A stretch of 64,000 nt of DNA, taken from Phyllobates terribilis (lineage: Eukaryota). The notes under the pieces were generated by a model, which ran no database searches, had not been told where the DNA came from, and saw nothing but the letters and a program-made list of their open reading frames with translations. The position numbers and the translations under genes are program-made. The stretch covers positions 101,804,001 through 101,868,000 of the forward strand of contig NW_027362769.1 in assembly GCF_046119375.1 (NCBI RefSeq), in the 5' to 3' direction. Positions 1-13,835 of this stretch are shown here, piece after piece. Each line of letters starts with the position of its first letter. Position 1 is the first letter of the stretch.

Positions 1-430
1 CCGGAGACTTTGGAAATACATTTCATTTTAAAGTGCTATACGTCCTTAAAGGTAATGTCGGGATGATTTTACTGCTGAAACTAGCATTTCGGATTCTTAA
101 CCCTAGATACAAAATATTTCCAAGGCATCAATTTTTAGAATAATTTGTTCTTTGTTTGCTTTTTTTTTGCTTATAACTTTTATTTTTGATTTGCATAATC
201 ATCTGATAGGTGTTGTTTCCACATTGGTTAATATATACCATGTTTATGGTTGAAGGTGATTGGTTCCAATAAGTTTAAAACGGGACTTCAATTGATCTGT
301 GCGCTGTTTTTAAATGGATTAATAAAGATAAACATATTATTTTACCGTATGGAAGTGCCGAACGTCCTTGTCTATTTAAAATGATACTTGTCATGTCGAA
401 ATCAGATTTACCAGCGCAGAGAAATCAAGT

Positions 431-613
431 TTAAAAGAGGTTGTCTGCTACTTTTACATTGACGGCCTAGTGAGAACTACCAGCCGGTGGCAGCCACCGC
501 CAGTAACAGCTGATCGGCCGAGGTCTGACACACGGCACCCCCCGCCGATCAGACATTGATAACCTATCCCTAGGATAGGTCATCAATGTAAAAGTAATTG
601 ACAACCTCTTTAA
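431..613. mobile_element. TTAA-flanked MITE (T2/Kolobok-like)
   Basis: TTAA-AGAGGTTGTC...GACAACCTCT-TTAA. Confidence 0.75.
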
Positions 614-3600
614 AAGTCCCATGCAAATTAGAATGGCGCTGGAGGAGTCAATGTATAGACACTCCTCCAATGCAATTTCAGGCCAATTTGAATGATTTTA
701 GCAGCATTGGCATATTGGATTACTACAAAACAGGTATAATTTTTATTGTCGTACTGAGACCTTTATAGGCATACCATTAGTCTCAGCAGTAAAACCAGAT
801 TCCTATATATATATATATATATATATTTGCTCTGTTTTTTTTTTTTAGTTGACACTACTAAAAGGTTATATATATATATATATATATACCTTTAGTAGTG
901 TCAACTAAAAAAAAAAACAGAGCAAATATTCATGTATGTTTAAGAAGGGTTCTGATAAGTTTAAAGTGGTTTTCTGGGATTCATGAGACTGAGAATTTAA
1001 AAAAAGTAAAAAAAAAAAAGTTCCCATATTGTCCAGTGGTCCCCACCAGTCTCTGCTGCTTCCTTTGGCCAGTAATCACCTCTGAGGTCACTGGTTGGCT
1101 ACCGTAGTCACGTGAATGATGTACAGCTTGTGATCACCACTGGATATAAGCAGAGACCTGTGGGAACCACCATGCTCTTGGCAACTTTGTCATAAAACCC
1201 AGAAAACTCCTTTAATAATGCATGTTTTTGCAGCTACAGTTCCAATTACATATGACACAAGTATGCATAACCTTCAGTAATATTATACAGCTCAGATTTC
1301 GATTCTTAGGAGCCATTAAAGATGTACTCTCACGTGTGTCATACAGAATTTTAGTTCTGCGGCAGTACATCTTTGAATATCTATTCACATACAAGACAAA
1401 TCATCTACGTAGGTATAAAAATATATTAGCCCATGTGGCTAGCTGAACTGCAATTCCCGGCAGCTTATATCGCCTGCTTCTTTTTCTCTTCTACACACAG
1501 ATGTTTGCACATTATGGCAGTCACGTGTTGGAAATAAAAATCAGAGAAAACCTCACATTTTTATATAAATCTCCTGAATTTTTTTTATTTATTTTTTTTA
1601 ACAATTTCATCGCTTACAAAGAAAAAAAAAAAAAATTTACGTGAAGCAGTTCAATAACTTTTTTTTTAGCAGACGACCACAAACTTATTCAAGATAGTTC
1701 ACAAAAATTGGTTACAGTGCGTGTTGTAGTAATGAAGGATCATCGTCCTGAAATAAAAAGTGTAAAAAAGTGTAAACGGATTTCACGGCTTGGGAGATCG
1801 CAGTGCACGGGTTCTCGTCTTGACTCATCGGTCACTGGTGTATGGGATGGGCAGCTATCACGGAAGTGGAAAAACTTGGCAAAAAAAGGGACAGAATTAC
1901 GGGTACATGCCATATCTGCGCTACAATTTTCATGAAGGCCTAGCTAGAAATGTTTTGATAGACTATTTTCTGCCTGTGGGAAAGGAAGCGCCAAATTTAA
2001 TGGAAGTCATGAAGCTCTTATGGAGCGTTTCACTCCATCATACTATGGTTTAATACTGGACTATAAAAAGCCAGATCTTTCCCATAACCTTTCAGGTCAG
2101 AGAAAGTTACTGACAGATCTTACTCTCAGGCCAACTTCAAAAATCCAACATTCACAGTCTGAATACAGATTTAGGCCCTCAAATACCATGAGACTGTGGA
2201 GGTCTGGCAGGAAAGACCACTTGGTCTACTTGGTCATAGCTAACTTACCGCAGTTCAAATGAACTGGACTGAGATTTCTATAGGGTTCATTTCAGTAGAA
2301 AGGTGGAAGGTCCTGAAGTAACATCTATAGTAGGGCACGTTACAGCCGAATGAAGACGGTATACTGATGTAATAGTGCCTCTGTAGGGCTGGTAATAATA
2401 CCATATTATTAAAGGCAACAGAATCCCATACCTCTACTTCCCGGTCAGTAGGGCCTAGGAGATAGCAGAAAATGGTCACTGTACTTTCAGCAAACTTTTC
2501 ATAAATCAATATAAGAAACTTTAGAAAATATCGTCGCAGACAAATTTGATTCTTTCTCCACTTATGAGACACTTCGCAACCTGCCTTATGAGCTCAACAT
2601 CTACTCTGAAATTCAGCTCAAATTCGTCTTGCTAGCTCTCTGTGGCGCCAGGTTACACCTGCTTTTACTCCTATTATACTCTATGTAAAGGGGAGGGGGA
2701 GGATGAGTGAAAAGGAGAGTCAAAAAAAACTTGAAGACAGATCATGTTGAGCTTTCTAACAAGTCTTTTACCTCACATCCGTGATGGATTCACATATACA
2801 CAGCTCAGAACGGCTGTATAATTTCTTCCATACTGCTGCTCCTGTCTATGTGCTAAAAAAGTAAAGAAGTGCAGGAATCCATCCCTGTGTGGGAGACATC
2901 ACAGATGTTGGTTCCACACACCAGCTCAATTGTCAATTAAGATATAAAGCTTGCAGAGGGGGAAACTAGTAAAAATGAAGAATACCAGTCATATAATGGC
3001 CAGAAATAATGGTATTCCTCATAAACACACAAAGGACAAATAATTCTGAAAAGTTACTTGAAAGTACAGTTACCCCTTAGACCGTCAGATATGAGCGAAT
3101 TTAAATATTTGGATGTTAAAAATTCCAATATGGCTGTTGTAATCACCGATGCATCAAGCATTGAGATTTTTTTTCTATAATGTACAGAGGGATCAGCAGC
3201 CTGTGATAATCCAGCTGTTGCAGAAGTAATTCCTAGCATTGATGAGAGAAGGGCAGGAAGCCGGGTGAGGCTGAGAGCTGTAGGTTTACAATAGTTGGGG
3301 AGTCAGAGATAGAGGTAGCTTTCCCATTATTCTTTATGGCCTAGCACACAGGCTCTACAGATACCAGACTATAGCACATGTAATGGTTTTTTATACCTGC
3401 AGGGGTCAGGAGTGTACATGTGTTCATGGCTGTGCTAGAACAAACAGACAACCAGTTAAAGAATTGTTGTCATTTTTTCCCCTCCTAAAGACAAGAACGC
3501 ATGTAAAATAGAAAATAATGATATTTTATAATCTTTAATATCTTCCACATTCATTAGTGGAGATTATTGAAGACCTGTTAGGCCATGTTCACACACTGAT

Positions 3601-3752
3601 GACCACCTGCATCTACAAATGAGCCCACGAGTTTGCAGGCAACGTCTCAGTGTTGCCAGAAACTTATGCTCGCACTGGTGGCCATGGGATGGCATAGCAA
3701 CTGGACGCTTGCAATAGACACACCATGGGATGCCAGTCTTGTGAAAGGAGGA

Positions 3753-3813
3753 GTGTGTGTGTGTGTGTGTGTGTGAGTGTGAGTGTGAGTGTGAGTGTGT
3801 GTTTGGGGGGGGG
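3753..3813. repeat. (GT)n/(GTGA)n microsatellite followed by a G run
   Basis: Directly visible. Confidence 0.9.
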
Positions 3814-3983
3814 GGTGATCATTTCCCTGCTGTGCAAATGTGGCTGCATGTAGCAGTTATCCCCAGGTGCTTCAGTTACCCCAAAGTGATCGGCTGGTTG
3901 CCACTATGATGATAATAATGAGTATTTTCACCGCACACGTTTTTACCATAAACTAATATGACTTTAGGGCACATAGCTCAAAG

Positions 3984-4284
3984 CAGGGTTGTGGAGTCGG
4001 TAAGCCAAACCTCCGTCTCCACAATTTCCCTGACTCCACAGCACGGCCTCACTACTGAGCGTGTACATAAAGTGCCGCACAGATTCATCTCAACTAAACG
4101 CCGAGATCCTTAGATCAGGAACAGAACAGACATTTATAGGACATTTTATAACTTTTCCAAATTCTTATGAAAACATTTACAGCACATCCTGCATTGTACT
4201 ACTGAACCCAATTTATTATATATCTTAGGAGTTGGTCCATTTTATACCGACTGCACTAAACTGGACACCAACTCCACAGCCCTG
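3984..4284. mobile_element. hAT-type MITE
   Basis: TIR CAGGGTTGTGGAGT / ACTCCACAGCCCTG; perfect 8-bp TSD GCTCAAAG. Confidence 0.88.
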
Positions 4285-6149
4285 GCTCAAAGCATGGGTT
4301 TCACTGGCACTGCAAAGCCACAGAAATGTGCAGTAAAATGCTGTTTCGTTGCACAATTAAGGGTATGAGTCTTTTTGATGAGATTTTTTTCAGCAGAAAC
4401 TCCCAAATTTTTAAGACGTTTTGAGTTGGATTTAAAAAGTTTCCACCTACTTTTTGCTCCAAAAACTTCAAAGACTCAGGGGTGCATTTTAGACATCCAT
4501 ACATATTGGATTGCAATGCTCAGACTGGCCGTGAGTCTCCCATGCTGAGTGTGACCGCTTTATAGAAATACATGAAGCTGTCAAGATATCAGCGGCCAAG
4601 TCTGTACATTGCGGTCCGATCTCTGATCTATTTTTACAGACATCTCAATGTGCCCTAAAGGTGAGGTGACAAGGTTGGCTGAGTGTTCAAGACTCCACCA
4701 ACCCGCAGCAGCCAACGTCTGCACAATTATTAAAAAGCGGGCGACCACTGGCCTCCCCTGTAGGTGCACATAGCAGAGATTCACTGCATCCTTACCGGCC
4801 ATGTTAATTAGCACAGACCATTCTATTCAGCAAATGTGAAAGCGCCGGATTAGAAGAGGAGATAGCCTCGTAAGACAACACATTTAACGGGAGAAATATG
4901 GAAAACCACACAACGGTTCCAGTTTACCGATAAATCCCTCCAACTTTCATAAAAGCTTGAATCACTGGAAAGAGCCAACAATGAAGAACAGAGAATCTTA
5001 CCTATTATGCAACTGTAATCCTGGCTTATTACTCGACTATCTCTACATAGAGAATAGGATTTGTAGTAAACAACCTATATTGTGCTACCGTACTACCCAA
5101 AAATAATCAATGTAAATACTTTTATACCCAAAAAAAAGGCAAAACTATTCCAGAAGTGATACCTTTATTGGCTAACCAGAAAAATGCAAATATAATTTTT
5201 CTGGTTAGCCAACAAAGGTATCACTTCTAGAATACGTGTGTCTTTTTTAGGGCATAAAAGTATTTATATTGATCGTGAACCACCTGCAATCATCTTCTCT
5301 AGTCATTGAGAGACCACTTCTGTTGTATTCTAGGAGTTGTATAGTCTCACAACTTCACAACCACCGGCTGCCCAGATTGTCAGTGGGGCTTCAAAACCCC
5401 CCATCAGAGATACCGTGGAGGTCTCAATTCTCACTTTCTTCAACTCAAAAATTTCTGGCAGTAGAATAAGTTGACCTGGGACTTCATGGATCATCCAGCC
5501 ATCATTTATAATCTGTCCTTTGACATTGCAGAAAGGTCACGGAGCTCCTCGGAGGCTACACGCAGAACGCAGAGAAGACTAAAAAGTCAGAAAGTGTATT
5601 TTCCTGTTTTAAGGTGAATTTTGACCTTTTAAGAACTTTGAAAGAAAAATAAATACTCTGCTTCTAAATTCTACATCAAATTCTACGAGAAACAAGTGAG
5701 CAGGGCTCTGTTCACATCACATGTGGCAGCCTAGATCTCCACATAATTATCTATACCCCTCTACAAGGCAGATGTGGGTCTGTTCTCCTCTATGGAGTGT
5801 TATTAGATAATCTATCATAACAGAGTAACAACATTTTTCAGAATTAAGTAAAAGGGGAAAAAAAAAAATATATGGGATTCACTTTATAACTTGCATTTCT
5901 AAAACAAATACTGGCACAAATCTAGACCCTTGTTCAGACGAGCGTATTTTACATTCAGGTGCAGCATTCAGACCAATGTTATTGAATGGCTAGTTCAGAA
6001 AAAAAATATGCAGCTTTCACTAATCTCTTCCATGATATTAATCAGGTTCACCCGTAAACTCAATTTGTGCACATAACACAGATGCTGTACACAGCCGCAC
6101 GGCATCCATTTTTAACGGATCCATTGCAAAAATTACATGGGAAATTGTA

Positions 6150-6402
6150 TTAAAGGGGGTTGTCCATTACTAGTACAACCCCTTCTCTATCCGAATGTTT
6201 GTCTCTGTTAAAATCAAAAACGCTATACTCGCCTGCCGTGTCGGCGCTGAAAGGGTGCAGGGCTCACGTGACGTAATAACCGCACGGGAGCCCCGGTAAA
6301 GCGAGTGCCGACATGGCAGGCGAGTATAGGGGTTTTTTATTTTAATGGGGACAAACATTCAGATAGAGAAGGGGCTGTCCTAATAGTGGACAACCCTTCT
6401 AA
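6150..6402. mobile_element. TTAA-flanked MITE (T2/Kolobok-like) with long TIRs
   Basis: TTAAAGGGGGTTGTCC...GGACAACCCTTCTAA; arms complementary over about 100 bp. Confidence 0.75.
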
Positions 6403-9400
6403 GCATTATTTTTTTGGTTGTAGAATTAAAAACCGTATGTAATATAGATGTTAAAAAAAAAAAAAAAAGGACACGAATGATACACAGAAGTAAAGGACAC
6501 ACAGTGAATACCATACGGATGAAAAATACATTTTTTGGGACAAAAAAAAAAACAGATGATTTTTCATACAATTATCTGAATGCGGCCTCAGTCCGAAGTT
6601 ACAAGGAAGGGTTTAAAGACCTTAACAAGCCGCTGGACTGGGATCATTAGAAGAAAAGATGATCTCAATGGGAATTGGGAATTGAAACTTCTTCAGAATG
6701 GAAATCCAATACTGGGTGTAAGGGCTCGTGCATGAGACCAGTTTTCTCGTACGGGTGCTAGCCGTGGTTTTCAAGGGTAACACTTGCACCTATGACATTC
6801 TATGGGGTCGTGCATATGTCCGCTTTTTTCCTTGGACCTAGTGGTCCGCAGAAAAAAAATGGAGACATGTCTGATTCTGATCAGAGTGTCAGATCAAAAT
6901 CGGCAATAAAAGTCTCTGGGTGCGTGAAAAAAAATAAAAATTGGACTGCACTCTGATGACATCCAAATGAGGTCCGATTTTCACAGACTGACAGAATGGA
7001 GAAGGTGGAGAAACTTGTTTTGTTTCGCTCCATGTCCCAGAAAAACTGATGCCACTGACCAAAATAATCAGTCCTTTTCTTTCCCCCAACGTGGATACAC
7101 AGATCGTGTGAACATACCATAAGGATATGTTCACACATGTGTTTTTTTTCTACTGCAAATCTACTGCTAACTTTTCTCTGGCAGGAAAACAGCTGTGTAA
7201 AAAACGCAAGTATTTGCAGAGTATTTGCTACGTTTTTTTGACCACCCATTACTTCCTATGGGTGAAAAAATGCAGCAAAAACGCAGGTGTGTTTTCTGCT
7301 TCAGAAACGGTGAAAGAAGTGACATGCTTTTTTTTCCAAATACACAAGCAAGGCAGAAAATACACAGCGAACAAAAAGCAACATGTGTGAACAGAGAATT
7401 CTGGTTTCTCATAGACTTTGTTGGTACTGCAAAATGCAGCTGAAAATTTGCATAAAAATCTGCAGCAAAACACAACGTGTGTGAACATAGCGTAACAAGC
7501 AGAATTTTCAGCAGATTTGCGCCAGAATTCACAGTGGATTTAATTCCTCTATATTAAGATATATGAAATTACACAACTGAAATAAACATACTGCGGGTTA
7601 CAATCTCCACCGCTAGTCAATTTTTGTTAGGAAAAATGCTACAGAAAGTGTATGAGATTTGTTGAAATCCCATCTTCATTCCTGACACTACCATCTGCTA
7701 TGGCTTTTTGTTTTAGGCGCCTCCTCTCTTCATGTGGATGACACGTTCTATGTCCTCCACACCGCGTCCACCATTGCGCTCCTGCGCCAGCTTTACTTCC
7801 AGGTCATCGGCGCTCTTTGGCCTTTCCTCGCGCATGCGCACTACAGTACCTTCGCTTTGCCCTCAGCAGAGCAGAGAGAAGTGCACCTGCGCAGAAGCGC
7901 GATGGTGGACACTGTGGATGATGTAGGAGGCGTCATCCACACGAAGCAGAGAAGAGAGGAGCCAGATCAAGACCGAACCGCCCCATCTGTGAGTATAATA
8001 AAAGTAATTTTTTGGGATTTGCAGATTGGATTGGGGACTTTTTTTTTTAACAGTATGTTATAAAAAAAAAGGCCCTAATGGTGGAGGCCGTACTTTATAT
8101 GGGAAAAACCTGGTGACAGGTTCTCTTTAAGTATTTGTGTTTGGTTTTTACTGGAGAAAAATCTAAGTGTTGGCAGGAAAAAAAGCTGCATAAAACATGG
8201 GTGTTTTTAGTGCGCTTTTACTAGCTTTTTTTTTTCCACCATTCATTCATTTGAAAGGGTGAGAAATGCTACAAAAACACAGAAAATGGACTTTGTTGCA
8301 GATTTGAAAAAAGGCTATGATGGTTCAAATGTGCAAGGAAAAGAATAAAACATATTTCTCATTCAAGTTGCTACTACTGTAAAAAAAAAACTTCTTTTTC
8401 CTGCAGCAAAAAAGGGCTGAAAATTAGGGGAAAAATGCAAAACAAGCCTTAACAGAACAAAGAATGTAAGGGTATGTCCACATGGAGATTTGCTGCACAT
8501 TAGCTGCTGAAAAATGTGCAAGTTTTTGCAGCAGATTTTCCTCCTTGCAAAGAATGAAACCGGCCATGCCTCCTACTCGCTCGCAGACCTGACATACTTG
8601 GGACTCCCTGCAATTTATAGATATGATTTGTGGAAATGTCAGTTACTTAGCTGGTACTTTTATTCTGACGATTTTCTGGAAGGATAGCACCAAAGAAAAT
8701 CCACAGCTCCTTATACAACAAACCCATACAGATTTTGTTTAAGAAAGTCAATATCAACTTTGGATCTCAATCTGGTTAAAAAAATTTATGGTGGAAATTT
8801 AAAAAAAAAAAATAATAATTGGTAAATGATAAATTTCTATATCCTAAAAGTCAATCTTTCATCTACCCTTCGAGAAAGTTGGGACCAGTTTATTCTACAA
8901 TATCATCATCAGTAAAGTCCAGGCCTATAAGAATTAAAGCCACAGATCAGCAGCAAAGTACTAATTTTTTCTTTTACGAATTCCACAATTTCTATTTGAT
9001 CTAGAAAACCATATACCATTGATTAAAATAATTTAACTTTCATTGGTTTCTCATTTGCTTCACAAAGCCACTGTCACCAGATTTCACATAGTAAACTGCA
9101 TACGTTAATAAATAAGCCTTAGACCCAATGAGGCTGGTGTACTTACGTTGAAAAAAAAAAATATCCATGGTAGAATGTCGGTATAATATTAAAAATAAGA
9201 ATGTTATGTCCAGCTAAAGAGTGAGCAATGCCACCAGAGATCTATTTAGCAATGTATGCAGTTTCTGGGTGACTGTTTCATGATTTTTTTTGGTTAGGGG
9301 GCAGCATCCATCTAAAGGTAAAAAAATAAATAAATTGTCAAACTGATTTTACCTGTATGTTTTTTTTTCATCTGAGGGCAGTAAGGTGATGTGAATTGTG

Positions 9401-9809
9401 ATCTATGGTTTTTCCGAATATACTTCCCCCAACTAAAAACAGAGGGGGTACAGAGCACTTCTATAAATCTAATGGATCTGGTAAACTATTACATCCTTAT
9501 CAGTTTGTTGCACGTTAAAAGAAAACGAGAAAAATAATTGCATATTCTACGTGTGTTAGACAGCGGGTCGACCGAGAATCCACACTCGGACCGTGAAGGG
9601 TTAGTAGGAAAATACTTTTGCAAATAAAACTGTACAAAGATAAAACTCACTTCAAAGTTTGCTCTTACAGAATTATATAAAGTGCAGCGAAATCCATCGA
9701 CAAGGGTCCGAACAAACGTTTCTATGCCGTGAAAGTCTGACACCAGCTGCCTTTGCATAGCAGGACGGATACAAAGTACATCAAACACCTAGAGCTCTTC
9801 TCAGGAGCT

Positions 9810-9937
9810 TCAGGAAGAGACAGAGGCAGGACAGTCATCGGCTTCGGAAGGATCCTTTGACTTCGGTTTGTTGTCTTCCGCTCCGCTTGCTGGAGGAAAT
9901 CCACCATTCATTCCAACACGTGGGCAGTGTACAGGCC
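9810..9937 (-). CDS. PLEKHA3: PLEKHA3 coding exon 8 (last)
   Basis: (R)PVHCPRVGMNGGFPPASGAEDNKPKSKDPSEADDCPASVSS*; CAG acceptor; 128 bp; the eight exons sum to 903 nt = 300 aa + stop. Confidence 0.9.
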
Positions 9938-10683
9938 CTGCAGTCATTTAGACATTAGTTATGACAAGGAACCTTTCATAAAATCTAAAAAAAAAAGTAT
10001 ATAGTGTTTTCTAATACTTTCCGCAGAGCGTTCCAGATCTCCGGTTGCAATCAGATGTGTGCATGTGGGTTATCTTGGACTTTGTTTTCTTTTCTACTTT
10101 GCGATGAGGCTAAGAACTTACTCTGTTCTACTGTGTGATGATCTGTTCCAGCTCAGAGTGGTCACAGACCATTCCTGCTGGCGGTGAGGTCATGTTGACA
10201 GAGCAATGCCTTCTCTTCCGCTCTGCTATCAATGTCACGTTGATTGACAGCCGGCTCTCCGCTGCCTCGACAGAGCAGAAAAGAAAAGAGCTGCTCCATT
10301 GACGTGAGGTCACATCAAGCCAGAGATCTGCCACCTAAGCCAGGAGAGAGGTCACAGGGCAGAACAGGCCAGAAGTTAGCAACTACCTGCTGGTAACTTA
10401 TTGGCCCCATGGCACAAAAAGTCCCTGGTAACCCTTTTATGGATCAGAACATGTGAACGCTACCTGCCAAATGTGCGGCCGTCTCAGCAGGTGTGAGGGG
10501 TTGTAATGCCATTGCTCACCTTCGATGCAGAAGGGAGCGGCGCCGGATAATCCCTATAACTCCCAGGGAATGGAAGACTATTCATGACCATGAGATGACC
10601 ACATGGGGCAGGAGCTGTTACTATAAAGCAATATATTTCTTGCTTATGTCTGTATCTACTATGACCACTACAGGTTTGATGTA

Positions 10684-12259
10684 CAGTGCCTACAAGTAGT
10701 ATTCAACCCCCTGCAGATTTAGCTGGTTTGATAAGATGCAAATAAGTTAGAGCCTTCAAACTGCAAACGAGAGTAGGTTTTATGAACAGAAGCATAAATC
10801 TTACAAACCAAAAAGTTATGTTGCTCAGTTGAATTTTATTAAATTTTAAACATAAAAGTGTGGGTCAATTATTATACAACCCCTATGTTTAATATTTTGT
10901 GGAATAACCCTTGTTTGCAATTACAGCTAATAATCGTCTTTTATAAGACCTGATCAGGCCGGCACAGGTCTGTGGAGTTATCTTGGCCCACTCCTCCATG
11001 CAGATCTTCTCCAAGTTATCTAGGTTCTTTGGGTGTCTCATGTGGACTTTATTCTTGAGCTCCTTCCACAAGTTTTCAATTGGGTTAAGGTCAGGAGACT
11101 GACTAGGCCACTCCAACACCTTGACTTTTTCCCTCTTGAACCAGGCCTTGGTTTTCTTGGCTGTGTGCTTTGGGTCGTTGTCTTGTTGGAAGATGAAATT
11201 ACGACCCATCTTAAGATCCTTGATGGAGGAGCGGAGGTTCTTGGCCAAAATCTCCAGGTAGGCCGTGCTATCCATCTTCCCATGGATGCGGATCAGATGG
11301 CCAGGCCCCTTGGCAGAGAAACAGCCCCACAGCATGATGCTGCCACCACCATGCTTGACTGTAGGGATGGTATTCTAGGGGTCGTATGCAGTGCCATCCA
11401 GTCTCCAAACGTCACGTGTGTGGTTGGCACCAAAGATCTCGATCTTGGTCTCATCAGACCATAGAACCTTGAACCAGTCTGTCTCAGAGTCCTCCAAGTG
11501 ATCATGAGCAAACTGTAGACGAGCCTTGACATGACGCTTTGAAAGTAAAGGTACCATACAGGCTCGTCTGGAACGGAGACCATTGCGGTGGAGTACGTTA
11601 CTTATGGTATTGACTGAAACCAATGTCCCCACTGCCATGAGATCTTCCCGGAGCTCCTTCCTTGTTGTCCTTGGGTTAGCCTTGACTCTTCGGACAAGCC
11701 TGGCCTCGGCACGGGAGGACACTTTCAAAGGCTGCCCAGGCCGTGGAAGGCTAACAGTAGTTCCATAAGCCTTCCACTTACGGATGATGCTCCCAACAGT
11801 GGAGACACGTAGGCCCAACTCCTTGGAAAGGGTTTTGTACCCCTTGCCAGCCTTGTGACCCTCCACGATCTTGTCTCTGATGGCCTTGGAATGCTCCTTT
11901 GTCTTTCCCATGTTGACCATGTCTGAGTGCTGTTCGCAAGTTTGGGGAGGGTCTTAAATAGTCAGAAAAGGCTGGCAAAAGAGATCTTTAATCCACACAT
12001 GTGAAGCTCATTATTCTTGGTGCCTGAACTACTTCTTAATACTTTAGGGGGACCAAACAGAATTCTTGTGGTTTGAGGGGTTGAATAATAAATGACACTC
12101 TGAATTAACTTTTAACGTTTTTTTAAAAAAAAAAAATTTGCTGCAGTGCATTTCCCACTTCCAGGCTGATCTACAGTACAAATGTCACAATGCCAAGTTA
12201 ATTCCGCATGTGTCAACCAGCTAAATCTGCAGGGGGTTGAATACTACTTGTAGGCACTG
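10684..12259 (-). mobile_element. Full-length Tc1/mariner (DD34E) transposon in PLEKHA3 intron 7; transposase split by one in-frame TAG
   Basis: TIR CAGTGCCTACAAGTAGTATTCAACCCC at both ends, TA TSD; ORFs 11375..11920 and 10889..11335 are in one frame ([23 protein letters not shown] motifs). Confidence 0.96.
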
Positions 12260-13719
12260 TACAAGTAGTAAAGGACTCAACTGACAGCGAGCACAGGTCT
12301 AGAAAACCCTGAGTGCCCGATCCGTAACGTATATTAAAATAACAATCATATTTGCTGAAGCGGTAATAATCCTTCAAATTTACACTACGAAATCGGTCGC
12401 AGATGTATCATCCACACAATTATGAAAAAAAAAAAAACCTCTACATACATAATCTGTAGTCACCTTGTAGACCGGCGCCGCTACTCTTCAACCAGTGTTG
12501 TGTCTCCTGCCTGACTCTCAGCATCAACATCCAGTGGGGTGTGTCACGAGGCCACCGATCAGCCTGCCGCCTTGAAATCTCACCCAAGTAGGAAGAAACC
12601 TCTCCATTTGGACAAAAAGTGAAGATTGCAGATGTCTCATGACGCCCCCCTCCTGCCGTCATGAGAGTCCAGTCCAGAATGAGAATTTTACAGTACTGAG
12701 AGTGGAGGAGCCGGGCCAGACTGCGAGGTGAGTATAAGGCTGTTTAAATTTGTGATTATAAGGGGGTGCTTAAAGTGAAAAGAAACTTTTTCTTATCCAC
12801 CAAGCTTCAGAAACTTGTGAATTTAATATTGTACTTCATTACCTATTTGCTCCGCTGCCGATCACGGACCAGTTTATGCCCTTTTCCAAGCTGCTTTTAA
12901 CTGCTCCTCAGCAAAGATCAGTACACTGTACACAAGAAGTCCAAATACAGGAAACCTTTCCCTTTTGAACTATGAGGGTGGGTGGCAGACAGCCTCAAAC
13001 AGGAAAAGTACCATATACAGACTGTACAGTGTACAGATTATTGCTGAGCAGCAGTTAAAAGCCATTTCTAAAGGAATGTGAACTGTGCATTGAGACAGAA
13101 CTGCGATATGGCATTTAGGAAAGAAGGAAGGAAAATAAGGTAGTGGATTGTATTACAAAAATAACGATTTTTCAATGTCTGGAGGATAATTAAATAAACT
13201 TTAAATATTCTAATTTTTAAAGTAGTGGACAAGCCCTTTTTAATTGATATGACATTATTGTCCAAGATGAGAAAAGCCCTTTAAGAATAAGCCCTTGAAT
13301 GTCATGGTGACACTACTGACGTATTCACTTTAGATTTGTCTCTAGTATCTAATTGGGGTTTGAGGAAATCATAACACTTGCATTTATCCGTATAGGAATC
13401 TGCAGAAAATGATCTTCAGACATAGAAATGTTAACAAAAAATTGCTACATAGGCAGATTTTCTTATAAAGGGGGCATGTTTAGAGTGACATGAGCAAATA
13501 TGGAGAGCCTCTCACTCCAGGGCACCTGGCCGTCCATTCATTACATAGGTGGCTATGTAATCTAAATAAAAAGCCAAAGACGTAGATTAATCCATAATTT
13601 AGGTAGTAATCTGCACTGTAACAACCCTCCGTAAAAGTCAAAAATTCTGATTTTTTTTTTAAATATGGAAAAGTTTAAATTAAAAAAAAAAAGTAATCAG
13701 TTAAATAAAAACAACTTAC

Positions 13720-13835
13720 TGTCAGTGTCGTCCGCTGCTCCATCACTAATTGTTTCAGTATCAGAATAAACACTTCTCCTCCTGTTAGACGCCCGGTGAA
13801 TCGATGATGAAGACTCCTTTATGGAATAGCTGATC
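13720..13835 (-). CDS. PLEKHA3: PLEKHA3 coding exon 7
   Basis: (R)ISYSIKESSSSIHRASNRRRSVYSDTETISDGAADDTD; AG/GTAAG flanks; 116 bp. Confidence 0.92.

Noticed and set aside
1397-1411. YVDDL reverse-transcriptase-like motif on the minus strand
   Set aside because: Followed by stops and no other RT motifs; likely chance
7734-8063. 109-aa GC-rich ORF
   Set aside because: Lies in the internal palindrome of a TTAA-type MITE (7725-7975 arms are reverse complements)
1-9000. TTN 3' exons expected from synteny
   Set aside because: No Ig/Fn3 or titin M-band C-terminal sequence recognised in any frame I read; presumably further upstream
11033-11768. Antisense ORFs over Tc1 elements (also 19406..19705, 52430..52669, 56322..56561)
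   Set aside because: Opposite-strand shadows of transposase coding sequence
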